Below, piece after piece: positions 34,890-45,712 of a stretch of 64,000 nt of DNA. The DNA comes from an uncultured Gammaproteobacteria bacterium (GTDB lineage Bacteria; Pseudomonadota; Gammaproteobacteria; JAADHQ01), in the NCBI GenBank assembly GCA_947258655.1, contig CAMYJD010000006.1, positions 68,902 to 132,901 of the forward strand, in the 5' to 3' direction. Both the position numbers and the translations under genes were made by a program. The number at the start of each line of letters is the position of its first letter. The first letter of the stretch is position 1. The notes beneath the pieces were generated by a model. The model was given only the letters and a program-made list of their open reading frames with translations, was not told the DNA's origin and made no database searches.

Positions 34890-35954
34890 ATGGCTCTAAT
34901 TTCCATGCGTCAGCTTCTGGATCATGCTGCCGAAAACGGCTATGGCATGCCAGCATTCAATGTCAACAACATGGAGCAGGTGCATGCCATCATGCAGGCT
35001 GCAGACGAATCCAACAGTCCGGTCATCATGCAGGGTTCTGCCGGTGCACGTTCCTATGCAGGCGAACCGTTCCTGCGTCATCTGATTATTGCCGCTATCG
35101 AGCAGTATCCGCATATTCCGGTCGTTATGCATCAGGACCATGGTTCAGAGCCGGCTGTGTGCCTGCGATCTATCCAGTCAGGTTTCTCCTCTGTGATGAT
35201 GGATGGCTCATTGATGGCCGACATGAAGACTCCGTCAAGCTATGAATACAATGTAGATGTGACCAAGACCGTTGTTGATATTGCCCATGCCGGTGGTGTT
35301 TCTGTAGAGGGCGAACTCGGTTGTCTGGGTTCACTGGAAACGGGTGAAATGGGTGAGGAAGATGGCCATGGCGCTGAAGGCAAGTTGTCCATGGACCAGT
35401 TGCTGACCGACCCGGAAGAGGCGGCTGACTTCGTCAAGAAGACAGGTGTGGATGCACTGGCTATCGCTATCGGTACCAGCCATGGCGCCTACAAGTTCAC
35501 GCGTCCGCCTACAGGTGATATCCTCGCGATCGAGCGTATCAAGGAAATCCATGCGCGTATTCCGAATACTCACCTGGTTATGCACGGTTCTTCATCAGTA
35601 CCGCAGGACTGGCTGGAAATCATTAACAACCACGGCGGAGACATGGGTGAAACCTATGGTGTGCCGGTTGAAGAAATTCAGGAAGGTATCAAGAACGGTG
35701 TACGCAAGGTCAATATCGATACCGACCTGCGCATGGCCTCTACCGGTGCGATCCGCAAGCACCTGGCGGAAAATCCGTCCAACTTCGACCCACGCAAATT
35801 CCTCAAGGCTTCCACAGCAGCCATGAAGGATATTTGTAAGGCACGTTATGAAGCCTTCGGTTGTGCCGGTCAGGCAGACAAGATCAAGCCAATCAGTCTG
35901 GATGACATGGTCGGTCGCTACCTGAGTGGTGAGCTGGATCCGCGCGTTAACTAA
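34890..35954 (+). CDS. fba: Fructose-bisphosphate aldolase class II (CbbA/Calvin-cycle-like subtype)
   Basis: [46 protein letters not shown]. Confidence 0.95.
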   Translation: MALISMRQLLDHAAENGYGMPAFNVNNMEQVHAIMQAADESNSPVIMQGSAGARSYAGEPFLRHLIIAAIEQYPHIPVVMHQDHGSEPAVCLRSIQSGFSSVMMDGSLMADMKTPSSYEYNVDVTKTVVDIAHAGGVSVEGELGCLGSLETGEMGEEDGHGAEGKLSMDQLLTDPEEAADFVKKTGVDALAIAIGTSHGAYKFTRPPTGDILAIERIKEIHARIPNTHLVMHGSSSVPQDWLEIINNHGGDMGETYGVPVEEIQEGIKNGVRKVNIDTDLRMASTGAIRKHLAENPSNFDPRKFLKASTAAMKDICKARYEAFGCAGQADKIKPISLDDMVGRYLSGELDPRVN

Positions 35955-35972
35955 GCGAATTGGCTCCATCTG

Positions 35973-36010
35973 AAAAAGGGAGAAGTGACTACTCACTTCT
36001 CCCTTTTTTT
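35973..36010 (+). terminator. Intrinsic (bidirectional-type) terminator after fba
   Basis: aaaaagggagaagtga-ctac-tcacttctcccttttttt. Confidence 0.88.
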
Positions 36011-36119
36011 GACCTCGGCTTTACACCGATCAGGTTCAGGACGACAGGCATGGTTGAGCAGGCTTACAGCTGCTATTCTTGAAACAGGCGCAACCTGAAA
36101 ATACCATAAGGACAGTACC

Positions 36120-36521
36120 TTGTTATTTCATGATTCAGGCAACAAGTTTCCGTGTCCATGCTGCGGATACCGGGTAAATGCCATGCCGCCTGGCTATCAT
36201 GAAAAATGTCCGATATGTGGTTGGGAAGATGATTTGACCCAGCTGCGCTTCGTCGATATGCCCGGTAGTTCCAACCACGTGTCGTTACGCAAGGCGCAAA
36301 TCAATTACATCGAATATGGTGCCTCCGAAAGAAGAAGCATCCCCGATGTGCGTAATCCCTTCACGGATGATCCTCGTGATGATCAATGGAGGCCTGTTGA
36401 TCCGCATAAGGACAATATCGAAGAGCCCAGGTCCGGCATTGATTATGCGACATCCTACCCGCAGGACTCGACGCGTCTGTATTACTGGCGCGATACATAC
36501 TGGCGCAGGATTGTAGGTTAA
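36120..36521 (+). CDS. Cysteine-rich CPCC family protein
   Basis: FPCPCCGY...CPICGWEDD...NHVSLRKAQINY pattern; TTG start. Confidence 0.75.
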   Translation: MLFHDSGNKFPCPCCGYRVNAMPPGYHEKCPICGWEDDLTQLRFVDMPGSSNHVSLRKAQINYIEYGASERRSIPDVRNPFTDDPRDDQWRPVDPHKDNIEEPRSGIDYATSYPQDSTRLYYWRDTYWRRIVG

Positions 36522-36625
36522 GCATTGGTTTTGCAATAGCTTACATGGCCCGGGCACTTTCACGCTTGCACAATTGGGCGCGTGTATTACAGGATTTATG
36601 TGTTCAATGATGCATGACTAGAGCG

Positions 36626-38983
36626 CTAGTTATCAGCATCCTTGTTTTGTTTGTCTGGCAGAATATGGTCATCTTTCGCGCTATTAGATATATCACGTAC
36701 ATGCAGGTCGCGCTGTGGAAACGGGATTTCAATACCGTTTTGGCGAAAAATATCATCAATTGCAAAATTGATTTCACTGATCGTTGTTCGACGCATGTCA
36801 ATGTTCTTGATATGGCAACGCAGTTCAAAGTCCAGTGAGCTGTCACCAAAACCCAGGAAAAGCACAATAGGTAGTGGAGCCATCATCGGACTGTCGATGA
36901 CCTGCTCATGTTCGCTAGCCACCTGTAATAACAGTTCCTTGACCAATTGGGTATCCGAGCCGTAGGCCACACCGACAGGTACACGGATCCTGCCGCGTTG
37001 ATCGTATAACATCCAGTTGGTCACGGTGCCGGATATCAGGTCAGAGTTGGGTACGATGACATCGGATCGGTCAAAGGTCTGGATCTGGGTGGAGCGAATA
37101 CTAATTTTGCGTACGTAACCTTCAACAGTACCCACCTGAATCCAGTCACCGGTTTTTATTGGTCGCTCAAACAACAGGATCAGGCCTGAGACAAAGTTGT
37201 TGACGATATTCTGCAAGCCAAAACCAATGCCTACCGACAGGGCGCCGGCAATCAGGGCCAGCTTGGAGAAGTCCATACCCGCGATACCCAGGGATATAAT
37301 GATTGCGATACTGGCTCCTACATATCCGCTGATCGTCGCCATTGATTCGCGTGCTCCACGCTCCATGTGTGTACGCTTTAACCAGCGCTGTTCCAGTCCC
37401 TTGCGAAACCATGCATTGATTGTTAACAAGACAGGTAATACCAGGATGGCCTGTAGAATGCGTGATGGCAGGATCTCAATAGAACCAATGCTAAAACCAG
37501 TGGTAATATAACTGATCAGTGTCTGCACATAGGTGTCAGGAACCCTCCAGATATATAGCAGGCTACCAAACAATCCGGCCCATAACAGCAGGTTGATGAT
37601 AATCCGTATCCAGATAATACCGGGCATGGCCTGTTCCGGCTTTAGTCCCATGGAGGCATGTATTTTCTGTGGCCAGCTGCCCTTGCCACTCTCAAGATTG
37701 TCAATCGCTTCTGAAGTCAATAGATCCAGCAGCTTGTAGATATCAATTAAAATAAGTGTGCCCAATACGGTGCGTAAAATGTACAAAGAAAGGTTGCGGT
37801 AACCATAGAATTCCGCCACCAGGGCTCCGAACAGCAACAGAACAATTGCCATCCTGAATAACTGGTTGCTGCGAGCCTTGTTGAAACGCCCGACCAGCCA
37901 GATGACCATGATCAGGTTGACGATAATAATGGCACCATAAATACCGCGGGTCAGTAGTAATGCTGACTCCGGCAGGCTTTGTGCGAGTATGGTTGAAAAC
38001 AGTAGGTAGCCAAAAAATATTATTAATACAAGGGTCTTCAGGCGATGACCAAGCCTGCGGGCGATGGTGACCTGATCGTCCTTAATCACTTTTAGTTCTA
38101 GTGATGAATACAGGAAAATATGTATCAGTGCCAGTAGTATGCTGACTATAGGCAATCCGTAGGCGACGATGCTGATGAAGGGGATCGGCTTGATATCACT
38201 TGTCGTTACATAGAAGAATACGGCGGCTAGTATGCTGGGTAGTAAATAGGGTGCATAACGAATGCTGGTTTGTGTAAAAGCATTGGCCAAATAAGAGGAG
38301 CGATTATCCGTAGGCGGGCGCCTGTCCAGCCATAAGCGCAGTTTTCTCCTGATCTGCAGGCCGCTAACAACAGCGGCAATGAGCAGTGCCAGCAGCACAA
38401 AGAACTCGCTTGGGCCGATTTTGTCGAGTCCACTGTTTTTCAGGATAAATTCCTTACTGGCGCTCAACCAGACGCCGGGATTTTCCCAGTTTTCTTTGGC
38501 CAGCTTGACGAAACTCGGTCCTTTAAAGACATACTTTTCAGCCAGATTTGACTGTTTTATTTTAGTGATGCGTTGTAGCGACTCCTCACTTCTTAGCAGG
38601 ATCAGCTTGCATGTGGCCTTTAGTTTTTCACTGGTGGCCAGACTGCTCTTGATCGATTTACGTTTTTTACTGACATCAACAGCTTCTCCCTTGATGTAAT
38701 CACCAAGGGATTCCAGGCTCTTTTGCAGGTCCTGCAGTTCATTATCACGAGTCTGCAGACACTGGCTTGCCCAGTTTCTATATTCGGGTAGTTGTTTCAG
38801 ATAGCCTTCAAGTTTCGTGATATCTACAGGCTTTCGTTGAAGTTCATGCTCTATAGTATCCAGAATTTTTACAATGCTAGCAGGTGTTTTGTCGTCACCA
38901 TTGGTGGACGCATGGGCAGGACTGCTCACAGCGATGACCAGTGTCAGCAGAAAAAATATAAAAGCCTGAAACACAGTTTTCAT
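36626..38983 (-). CDS. Mechanosensitive ion channel, MscS/MscK family with large N-terminal domain
   Basis: GALSVGIGFGLQNIVNNFVSGLILLFERPIKTGD, GVAYGSD, IEIPFPQRD; signal-peptide-like start and coiled-coil N-terminus; alternative start 39040. Confidence 0.9.
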   Translation of the reverse strand: MKTVFQAFIFFLLTLVIAVSSPAHASTNGDDKTPASIVKILDTIEHELQRKPVDITKLEGYLKQLPEYRNWASQCLQTRDNELQDLQKSLESLGDYIKGEAVDVSKKRKSIKSSLATSEKLKATCKLILLRSEESLQRITKIKQSNLAEKYVFKGPSFVKLAKENWENPGVWLSASKEFILKNSGLDKIGPSEFFVLLALLIAAVVSGLQIRRKLRLWLDRRPPTDNRSSYLANAFTQTSIRYAPYLLPSILAAVFFYVTTSDIKPIPFISIVAYGLPIVSILLALIHIFLYSSLELKVIKDDQVTIARRLGHRLKTLVLIIFFGYLLFSTILAQSLPESALLLTRGIYGAIIIVNLIMVIWLVGRFNKARSNQLFRMAIVLLLFGALVAEFYGYRNLSLYILRTVLGTLILIDIYKLLDLLTSEAIDNLESGKGSWPQKIHASMGLKPEQAMPGIIWIRIIINLLLWAGLFGSLLYIWRVPDTYVQTLISYITTGFSIGSIEILPSRILQAILVLPVLLTINAWFRKGLEQRWLKRTHMERGARESMATISGYVGASIAIIISLGIAGMDFSKLALIAGALSVGIGFGLQNIVNNFVSGLILLFERPIKTGDWIQVGTVEGYVRKISIRSTQIQTFDRSDVIVPNSDLISGTVTNWMLYDQRGRIRVPVGVAYGSDTQLVKELLLQVASEHEQVIDSPMMAPLPIVLFLGFGDSSLDFELRCHIKNIDMRRTTISEINFAIDDIFRQNGIEIPFPQRDLHVRDISNSAKDDHILPDKQNKDADN

Positions 38984-39265
38984 GGTAGTTCCAGGATGCC
39001 CAGGTGAAAGAGGCTGGTCATGAAAAATTAATGTGTGCATGGTGAAATCTATTTAACAATACATGTGGATCGGTTTCTTTTTTTACATAGACAGCGCTTA
39101 AGATTAAAATCATATCATGCATTGGCAGGATAATTGTAAGACCCATAACGCATTACTATATAAAATATTTTATTAATTAGCGTGCGGTATTGATTGGCTA
39201 CCATATTGAAATGTGCTGATAGAGATACTATTTTATTTGTAATGTAACTAAAAGCGGGAATTGAT

Positions 39266-39964
39266 ATGGACAAGGTAGGCAAGCTGTATAAGGAATGGCG
39301 TTTTTTGATTTTATTTTTACTATTGATGTCGTTGTTCCGCTCGGCAGTGGCCGACTGGTATACCGTTCCCACCGGCTCGATGAAGCCCACTATTCTTGAA
39401 GGCGACAGGATCTTTGTCAACAAAATGGCCTATGGTCTACGGGTGCCGTTTACGACACAATCATTGCTAAAATGGGCCGATCCGCAAAGAGGAGAGATTG
39501 TCATTATCGAATCAGGGATAGCTGCCCAGCGCCTGGTCAAACGCGTCATCGGTGTCCCGGGTGACATCATAATGCTCAAGGAAAATCGCCTGTTCGTCAA
39601 CGGTCAAGCACTACAATATACGCGTAGCGATCAGGGTGGATTCGCCATCGACTGGTCAGACCAAAGAGGCGAGCCTGTCATCCTCAATGAAAAGATCGGC
39701 AACAGGCTGCATGAGGTGGCAATAGCTCGGACAGATTCATTCTTTGGCCCGGTGCAGGTCCCTGAGGGACATCTGTTTGTCATGGGTGACAATCGTGATT
39801 TCAGTGCCGATTCACGTTACTACGGTTTTGTTCCCAGAGACGAGGTACTTGGCAGGGCCAGGGCTGTGATTGTATCCCTGGATCCGGGTAACTATTTTCT
39901 GCCACGAACAGATCGTTATTTTAACGCATTCGATGAGGCACAGCGCGAGCAGCTATTGCGTTAG
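39266..39964 (+). CDS. lepB: Signal peptidase I
   Basis: PTGSMKPT (Ser), LVKRVIG (Lys), [12 protein letters not shown]; stand-alone copy, may be a paralog. Confidence 0.88.
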   Translation: MDKVGKLYKEWRFLILFLLLMSLFRSAVADWYTVPTGSMKPTILEGDRIFVNKMAYGLRVPFTTQSLLKWADPQRGEIVIIESGIAAQRLVKRVIGVPGDIIMLKENRLFVNGQALQYTRSDQGGFAIDWSDQRGEPVILNEKIGNRLHEVAIARTDSFFGPVQVPEGHLFVMGDNRDFSADSRYYGFVPRDEVLGRARAVIVSLDPGNYFLPRTDRYFNAFDEAQREQLLR

Positions 39965-40849
39965 TCGCGCCAGCGCCTCACGGTATTTTTCTGCCGTCTT
40001 GTCGGCGATCTCCTGCGGCAGATGCGGTGCCGGCGCCTGCTTGTCCCAGTCCAGTGTTTCCAGATAATCACGTACAAACTGCTTGTCGAAACTGGGTGGG
40101 CTGATGCCGGGCCGGTACTGGTCAGCAGGCCAGAAGCGGGACGAGTCTGGCGTCAGGGCCTCGTCAATCAGGGTCAGGCAGCCGCTGTCATCGATGCCGA
40201 ATTCGAATTTGGTATCGGCAATAATAATACCGCGTTGCAATGCATATTCAGCCGCCAGGGTATACAGTTTGATGCTGACGTCTTTTACCTGCTGGGCAAG
40301 GTCGTTACCCAGTAATTCCTGTGTATAGGCAAAATCCACATTTTCATCATGATCACCGACCGCGGCCTTGGTCGATGGTGTATAGATGGCCTCAGGTAGC
40401 TTGTCAGCCATTTGCAGGCCCGCTGGCAGTGGAATGCCGCACACGCTGCCACTGTGCTGATAATCCTTCCAGCCGGAACCGATCAGGTATCCACGCACGA
40501 TGGCCTCAACCGGGAGGGCCTTCAACTTTTTGACGATAATGGCGCGTCCAACTACCTGGGCGCGCTCGTGCTCATTCGGCAGGGCTTGTTCGAGGCTGAT
40601 ATCGGCGACCTGGTTCGGGACAACATCTTTCATGAAATCAAACCAGAAGTTGGAGGTCGCGTTCAGGATGATGCCCTTGCCCGGTATCGGATCAGGCAAA
40701 ACCACATCGAATGCTGACAGGCGATCGGTGGTAACGATCAGTAGGTGCTTATCTCCCACAGCGTAGATATCACGCACCTTGCCGCGATGTATCAGCGGTA
40801 AGGATTGTATGTTTGACTGATATAGCGTGTCGGGTGCTTCCATCTGCAT
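39953..40849 (-). CDS. purC: Phosphoribosylaminoimidazole-succinocarboxamide synthase
   Basis: [40 protein letters not shown]. Confidence 0.96.
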   Translation of the reverse strand: MQMEAPDTLYQSNIQSLPLIHRGKVRDIYAVGDKHLLIVTTDRLSAFDVVLPDPIPGKGIILNATSNFWFDFMKDVVPNQVADISLEQALPNEHERAQVVGRAIIVKKLKALPVEAIVRGYLIGSGWKDYQHSGSVCGIPLPAGLQMADKLPEAIYTPSTKAAVGDHDENVDFAYTQELLGNDLAQQVKDVSIKLYTLAAEYALQRGIIIADTKFEFGIDDSGCLTLIDEALTPDSSRFWPADQYRPGISPPSFDKQFVRDYLETLDWDKQAPAPHLPQEIADKTAEKYREALARLTQ

Positions 40850-40990
40850 TCCAGATACAATTGTGGATGAACAAGTCAGCGATTATACGAAGATTTGACC
40901 CATTATGCAGCATTAAATGTCAGGGCCAGACACTGTAGTGTTACGAGTATGAGGTAGGGGGACATGCGTAGACTGATAGGGAAGTAGGGC

Positions 40991-41030
40991 ATAAAAAGGT
41001 GCCTGTGACCACAAAGGATACACAGGCACA
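40991..41030 (-). terminator. Probable terminator after the ABC ATPase gene
   Basis: gtgcctgtg...cacaggcac stem followed on the minus strand by a U run. Confidence 0.55.
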
Positions 41031-41062
41031 AACCCATTGACGAACTGTAAAAAAATTAATAT

Positions 41063-41980
41063 TTAATCATTAACGGCGTACAAGACGGGAGCGTCATCCT
41101 CCTTTTTTTGTTTGTCTTGTACCTCCGCTTTTTCTTCGCTGGCCATTGCCGTTTCTGCGTCAACGTCAGAACCGGAGTCCGCTTCTTCCTCGGCTTCCGG
41201 GTTTTTGTAACGCTCATGCAGGAAGCGCACGACTTCGGCGCGGTAGTGGTTATATTCAGGGACTTCTGCCAGTGCCAGTCGATCCCTGGGGCGCTCGAGG
41301 TCGACCTTGAGGATCTCACCGACCGTGGCCGCCGGGCCATTGGTCATCATGACGATGCGGTCTGACAATAAAACGGCTTCATCGACATCATGAGTAATCA
41401 TGATGACGGTGTTATTGAGTTCCGCCTGAATTTCCATTAGCGAGTCCTGCATGTGCGCGCGCGTCAGTGCATCCAGAGCTCCAAAAGGTTCATCCATCAG
41501 CATGACCTTCGGCTCCATAGACAATGCACGGGCAATACCGACACGCTGCTTCATGCCGCCTGATAATTCATCAGGGCGTTTATCCATGGCATGTGACATA
41601 TGCACCAGTTCCAGATTATGTTCGATCCATTCCTTCATTTCTTCCTTGCTTTTCTGGTTCTTGAAAACCTGCTTGACGGCCAGTTCTACGTTTTCATAGG
41701 CTGTCATCCAGGGTAACAGGGAGTGGTTCTGGAAAACGACCGCGCGGTCCGGTCCGGGTTCGCTGACTTCCTTGCCATTGAGTATTACACCGCCTTCGGT
41801 GGCCTGGTGTAATCCGGCGATAATATTCAGCACTGTGGATTTACCGCAGCCGGAGTGGCCGATCAGGGAGATGAACTCGCCTTTTTCGATGCTCAGTTTT
41901 ACCTTGTCCAGTGCCCTGAAAGGCCCGTTGGGTGTCGGGAAGTCAATCGTGACATGTGAAAGTTCCAGATATGAATCCAT
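41063..41980 (-). CDS. Nitrate/nitrite-type ABC transporter ATP-binding protein (NrtC/D, NasD-like)
   Basis: GHSGCGKS, VFQNHSLLPW, LSGGMKQRVGIARAL, DEPFGALDALTR. Confidence 0.9.
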   Translation of the reverse strand: MDSYLELSHVTIDFPTPNGPFRALDKVKLSIEKGEFISLIGHSGCGKSTVLNIIAGLHQATEGGVILNGKEVSEPGPDRAVVFQNHSLLPWMTAYENVELAVKQVFKNQKSKEEMKEWIEHNLELVHMSHAMDKRPDELSGGMKQRVGIARALSMEPKVMLMDEPFGALDALTRAHMQDSLMEIQAELNNTVIMITHDVDEAVLLSDRIVMMTNGPAATVGEILKVDLERPRDRLALAEVPEYNHYRAEVVRFLHERYKNPEAEEEADSGSDVDAETAMASEEKAEVQDKQKKEDDAPVLYAVND

Positions 41981-41997
41981 ATTAGTTTCTCCTCAGA

Positions 41998-43020
41998 TTA
42001 GCGAATCACAGCACTCTTGTCCCAACTGATAGACTTCTGCAACATTAGCATCAGCCTGTCCAGCAGGAAGCCGACAAGTCCTATGGTAAATACCGCGACC
42101 ATGATTCTGGCCAGTGAGTTGGAACTCCCATTCTGGAATTCGTCCCAGACAAATTTTCCCAGGCCCGGGTTCTGAGCGAGCATTTCCGCAGCAATCAGTA
42201 CCATCCAGCCGATACCCAGCGATACGCGCAGACCAGCAAACATCATCGGGATTGATGACGGGATGACAATCTTGAATACCTTGGTTAGCCATGTCAGCCT
42301 GAGGACCTTGCTGACATTGATCAGGTCCTTGTCGATTGACGATACACCGACAGTTGTATTGATAATGGTTGGCCACAGGCAACATAGGGTAACTGTAATG
42401 GCCGAATTCAGATATGACTTGTCGAACATCGGGTCATCACTGACATACACGGCACTGACAATCATCATTACTATCGGCAACCAGGCCAATGGAGACACAG
42501 GTTTGAATATTTGTATCAGGGGATTTAATGCCGTGTATATCAACGGACTCAGGCCGCACATTATACCGATGGGAATGGCGATTAATGATGCGATCAAGAA
42601 GCCGGTCATTACTGTGTAAATACTGGTCCATATTTGATCCAGATAGGTTGCTTTGCCTGTATAGGGCCTGATTTTAATTTCTGCATCAGGGTTCTGGGCC
42701 AGTTTTTTTGCGTTTCGTTTTTCCTGCCTTTCGTAAAAAGCAGCTTCTTTTTGCCGTTCCTCTTTGTGTTCATCCAGCAGATTGACTGCCTGTTCCCAGA
42801 CCTGGGTGGGTCCAGGTACGGCGCCAAGCGATGTTTTTATCTGGCTGGCGCCTGCGGACCACAGTAACAGGAAAATGCCGAGTGCCACTAATGGTGTGAC
42901 AATTGCTTTCAATAACTTGTTTATTTCCTCTGCCTTGTTGGGCCCGGTAAATATACGTAAAAAGGGCTCAATCAGCATGTTATGTAGGGCAGAAAAATTT
43001 TTCATAAATAATGTAGTCAT
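41998..43020 (-). CDS. Nitrate/nitrite-type ABC transporter permease (NrtB/NasE-like)
   Basis: FKPVSPLAWLP, LWPTIINT, GWMVLIAAEML, GLGKFVWDEFQNG. Confidence 0.9.
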   Translation of the reverse strand: MTTLFMKNFSALHNMLIEPFLRIFTGPNKAEEINKLLKAIVTPLVALGIFLLLWSAGASQIKTSLGAVPGPTQVWEQAVNLLDEHKEERQKEAAFYERQEKRNAKKLAQNPDAEIKIRPYTGKATYLDQIWTSIYTVMTGFLIASLIAIPIGIMCGLSPLIYTALNPLIQIFKPVSPLAWLPIVMMIVSAVYVSDDPMFDKSYLNSAITVTLCCLWPTIINTTVGVSSIDKDLINVSKVLRLTWLTKVFKIVIPSSIPMMFAGLRVSLGIGWMVLIAAEMLAQNPGLGKFVWDEFQNGSSNSLARIMVAVFTIGLVGFLLDRLMLMLQKSISWDKSAVIR

Positions 43021-43056
43021 AACAATATACCAATGGGATAGATTTTGATTTATTAT

Positions 43057-43082
43057 TACCTCCCCTAATAATCGGGGAGGTA
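43057..43082. terminator. Intercistronic hairpin between binding-protein and permease genes
   Basis: tacctcccc-taataatc-ggggaggta. Confidence 0.55.
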
Positions 43083-43092
43083 TATAGTCTTA

Positions 43093-44496
43093 CTAGATTT
43101 TCTCCTTACCTTTCAATCCTATCTTGAACTTCTTCAGATAATCATTCGGCTTTTTACCATCATAGGTAATGTTGTCGATGAAATGCGTTTGCGGAGCACG
43201 GAATCCGTCTTCCTTGGCAAAGTCTGGGAATTCAGAGGCCTTCAGTTTACCTTCCGCAATCAGCTCTTTCGCCGCCGTTGCATAGATGTCCGGACGATAG
43301 ACCTTCTTGGCAATATCCATGTACCAGCTGTCCGGTTTCTGTTCCGAGATCTGACCCCAACGACGCATCTGGGTCAGATACCAGATAGCATCACTGTAAT
43401 ACGGGTAGGTAGCGAAATAACGGAAGAACACATTGAAGTCAGGTACTGCACGTTTGTCGCCTTTTTCGTATTCGAATGTACCGGTCATACTGTTGGCGAT
43501 AACATCATAATCAGCGCCGACATACTCGGACTTGGCCAGGATCTTGACCGCTTCAGGACGATTGGCATTGTTTTTGTCATCCAGCCACTTGGCTGCACGA
43601 ATCATCGCCTTGACCACGCGGATATGGGTGTTCGGGTTCTTGTCTGCCCATTTCTTACTGACGCCGAATACCTTTTCAGGGTTGTTTTTCCAGATTTCGT
43701 AGTCGGTGATGACCGGAACACCAATGCCCTTGAATACGGCCTGCTGGTTCCAGGGCTCACCTACGCAATAACCGTAGATGGTTCCCGCTTCCATGGTAGA
43801 AGGCATTTGTGGGGGAGGTGTAACCGACAGCAAAACATCGGCCTTGATTTGTCCCTTGATGTCACCCTTGTGCGGGGCATAGTAGCCGGGATTGATGCCG
43901 CCGGCAGCCAGCCAGTAACGCAGTTCATAGTTATGTGTGGATACCGGGAAAACCATGCCCATCTTGAAGGGTTTGCCGTCCGCCTTGTACTGATCCACGA
44001 CCGGCTTCAGGTAATCGGCCTTGATCGGATGAACCGGCTTGCCGCCCTTGTGCGGGACGTGCTTTTTCATTTCTTTCCAGATCTTGTTGGAAACGGTAAT
44101 GCCGTTACCGTTCAGATCCATACTGAATGCAGTAATAATGTGGTCCTGGGTACCGAAACCGATCGTAGCACCGAGCGGTTGACCGGCGAGCATATGGGCA
44201 CCATCCAGTTCGCCATCGATGACGCGGTCCAGCAATACCTTCCAGTTCGCCTGGGCTTCCAGCTTCACGTACAGGCCTTCGTCTTCGAAATAGCCTTTTT
44301 CATAGGCGATCGCGAGCGGCGCCATATCGGTTAATTTGATAAAGCCAAATTTCAGATCTTCCTTTTCTGGCTCTCCCACAGCGGCGTGGGATGCACTGGT
44401 CATCATGCCAAATCCGATGGCTGCGGCCATGGCAGTTTTCGCCAGGCTCTTACCCAGACTCAAGGGCCTTGAGTTGTCCGGTTTAAACTTCGTCAT
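43093..44496 (-). CDS. CmpA/NrtA family ABC substrate-binding protein (nitrate/nitrite)
   Basis: Signal peptide; [50 protein letters not shown]. Confidence 0.9.
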   Translation of the reverse strand: MTKFKPDNSRPLSLGKSLAKTAMAAAIGFGMMTSASHAAVGEPEKEDLKFGFIKLTDMAPLAIAYEKGYFEDEGLYVKLEAQANWKVLLDRVIDGELDGAHMLAGQPLGATIGFGTQDHIITAFSMDLNGNGITVSNKIWKEMKKHVPHKGGKPVHPIKADYLKPVVDQYKADGKPFKMGMVFPVSTHNYELRYWLAAGGINPGYYAPHKGDIKGQIKADVLLSVTPPPQMPSTMEAGTIYGYCVGEPWNQQAVFKGIGVPVITDYEIWKNNPEKVFGVSKKWADKNPNTHIRVVKAMIRAAKWLDDKNNANRPEAVKILAKSEYVGADYDVIANSMTGTFEYEKGDKRAVPDFNVFFRYFATYPYYSDAIWYLTQMRRWGQISEQKPDSWYMDIAKKVYRPDIYATAAKELIAEGKLKASEFPDFAKEDGFRAPQTHFIDNITYDGKKPNDYLKKFKIGLKGKEKI

Positions 44497-44535
44497 TGAT
44501 ATCTCCTCTGTTTGGAGTAATTGATTATTAAGGTC

Positions 44536-44621
44536 AAAAAAAAGGCCCAGTCATGCATCTCCGCAAAGACATGCATGATTGGACCTCGTTATCCTGTGTC
44601 AGCGAGACCGCCGTTGGCCTC
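44536..44621 (-). promoter_or_regulatory. ANTAR (NasT) dual-hairpin attenuator with terminator
   Basis: Minus strand GAGGCC-AACGGC-GGUCUC and GGAU-AACGAG-GUCC hexaloops; the second overlaps the 5' arm of terminator GAGGUCCAAUCAUGCAU...AUGCAUGACUGGGCCUUUUUUUU. Confidence 0.85.
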
Positions 44622-44665
44622 ATGTATATAGTACCCGGAGGTAGTATATTGCTGCTTGCTTATAT

Positions 44666-44682
44666 TGCAGTAATTATGCCAG
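44666..44682 (-). promoter_or_regulatory. Sigma54 promoter of the ABC transporter operon
   Basis: CTGGCATAATTACTGCA (GG-N10-GC). Confidence 0.8.
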
Positions 44683-44765
44683 ATATGGCCTGTGATTTAT
44701 CTTGTTGTTTTGTATTAATATATAGAAATGTGCGCGATATTGTCGTGGCGCTGATGTCAATATAT

Positions 44766-44801
44766 TGCACAATAATAGGGCTGCTGCACCTCAATAGTGC
44801 A
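44766..44801. promoter_or_regulatory. Tandem NtrC-like enhancer sites
   Basis: TGCACCTCAATAGTGCA (44785-44801) plus weaker TGCACAATAATAGGGCT; about 100 bp upstream of the sigma54 promoter. Confidence 0.7.
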
Positions 44802-44808
44802 ATGGATT

Positions 44809-45393
44809 TCAGGAAAGCAGGTCAAATGTGGCGATAATCCCTTCGGCGATTTCCGCAATGCGTTTGTTCTTGTCCATGGCCATTTTACGCAATGCCTGGT
44901 AGGCCTCGTCCTCTGAATATTGCTTGTGCTGCATCAGTAAGCCCTTGGCCTTGTCGATGACCTTGCGTTCTTCGAGTTGTGTGCGCGTCTTGACCAGGTC
45001 CAGTTTAAGCTTCTGCACCTCGGCAAAACGCGTTACCGCTACCTGTAATATAGACTTGATCCGCTGGGCCTCAAGCGTGCCGACGATATAGGTTGCAACA
45101 CCGTTCTTGATGGCTTGCTCTATGATCTCGTCTTCATTGGACCCGGTAAACAGTATGACCGGCACCGAAAAGCCCTGGTTGATGCTCCTGATTTGTTGCA
45201 ACAGGCTACCGTCCAGTTGCTCGACTTCGATAATAATGGCATCAGGTACGTTGTTGTCTAGATGGGCATGAATATCCTGGTCGTTGGTCATGGTCTCTAT
45301 CTTGTCGACACCGATACTCGTCAATGTTGCCTTGAGTTCATCCGCAGGATCAACTTCCTGCAAAACGAGCAAAATTTCTTTAATTCCAGTCAT
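44809..45393 (-). CDS. nasT: ANTAR-domain response regulator NasT
   Basis: Receiver-like N-terminus plus ANTAR LEERKVIDKAKGLLM...EDEAYQALRKMAMDKNKRIAEIA; start refined to MTGIKE; adjacent to nitrate ABC genes. Confidence 0.88.
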   Translation of the reverse strand: MTGIKEILLVLQEVDPADELKATLTSIGVDKIETMTNDQDIHAHLDNNVPDAIIIEVEQLDGSLLQQIRSINQGFSVPVILFTGSNEDEIIEQAIKNGVATYIVGTLEAQRIKSILQVAVTRFAEVQKLKLDLVKTRTQLEERKVIDKAKGLLMQHKQYSEDEAYQALRKMAMDKNKRIAEIAEGIIATFDLLS

Positions 45394-45431
45394 GTCAGCT
45401 ACTTGCTTGTCAGGAGATAAGCAATAAGTTA

Positions 45432-45448
45432 GGCAACTATTATGCCAA
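45432..45448 (-). promoter_or_regulatory. Sigma54 promoter of nasT
   Basis: TTGGCATAATAGTTGCC (GG-N10-GC); NtrC-like CGCACTGTATCTGTGCA at 45553-45569. Confidence 0.7.
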
Positions 45449-45660
45449 TACGATCCGGGCCGGTAATTTGATATGCCTATAGCTGTTTCACGGATCGCAA
45501 ACGGATATTGTTTGACACGGTCAAGAATGAGGCGATCCAACAATGCCGCGTGCGCACTGTATCTGTGCAGTATCTGGCATAATAATATATGCGCGGACGA
45601 ATTTGGTGCGGCTATGTCCATCAGATAAGCATAAGCCTATGGTCTATCTCCATTGAAAAG

Positions 45661-45677
45661 TAGGCAAGCTTATTGCA
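45661..45677 (+). promoter_or_regulatory. Possible sigma54 promoter of glgC
   Basis: TAGGCAAGCTTATTGCA (GG-N10-GC) about 35 bp before the ATG. Confidence 0.5.
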
Positions 45678-45712
45678 TTGGCAGAACATAGATAACTAAT
45701 GGAAACCTGTTT

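Noticed and set aside
43183-44334. 383-aa ORF on the + strand
   Set aside because: Entirely antisense to the well-supported NrtA-family gene; no recognisable motifs; typical shadow ORF from codon bias.
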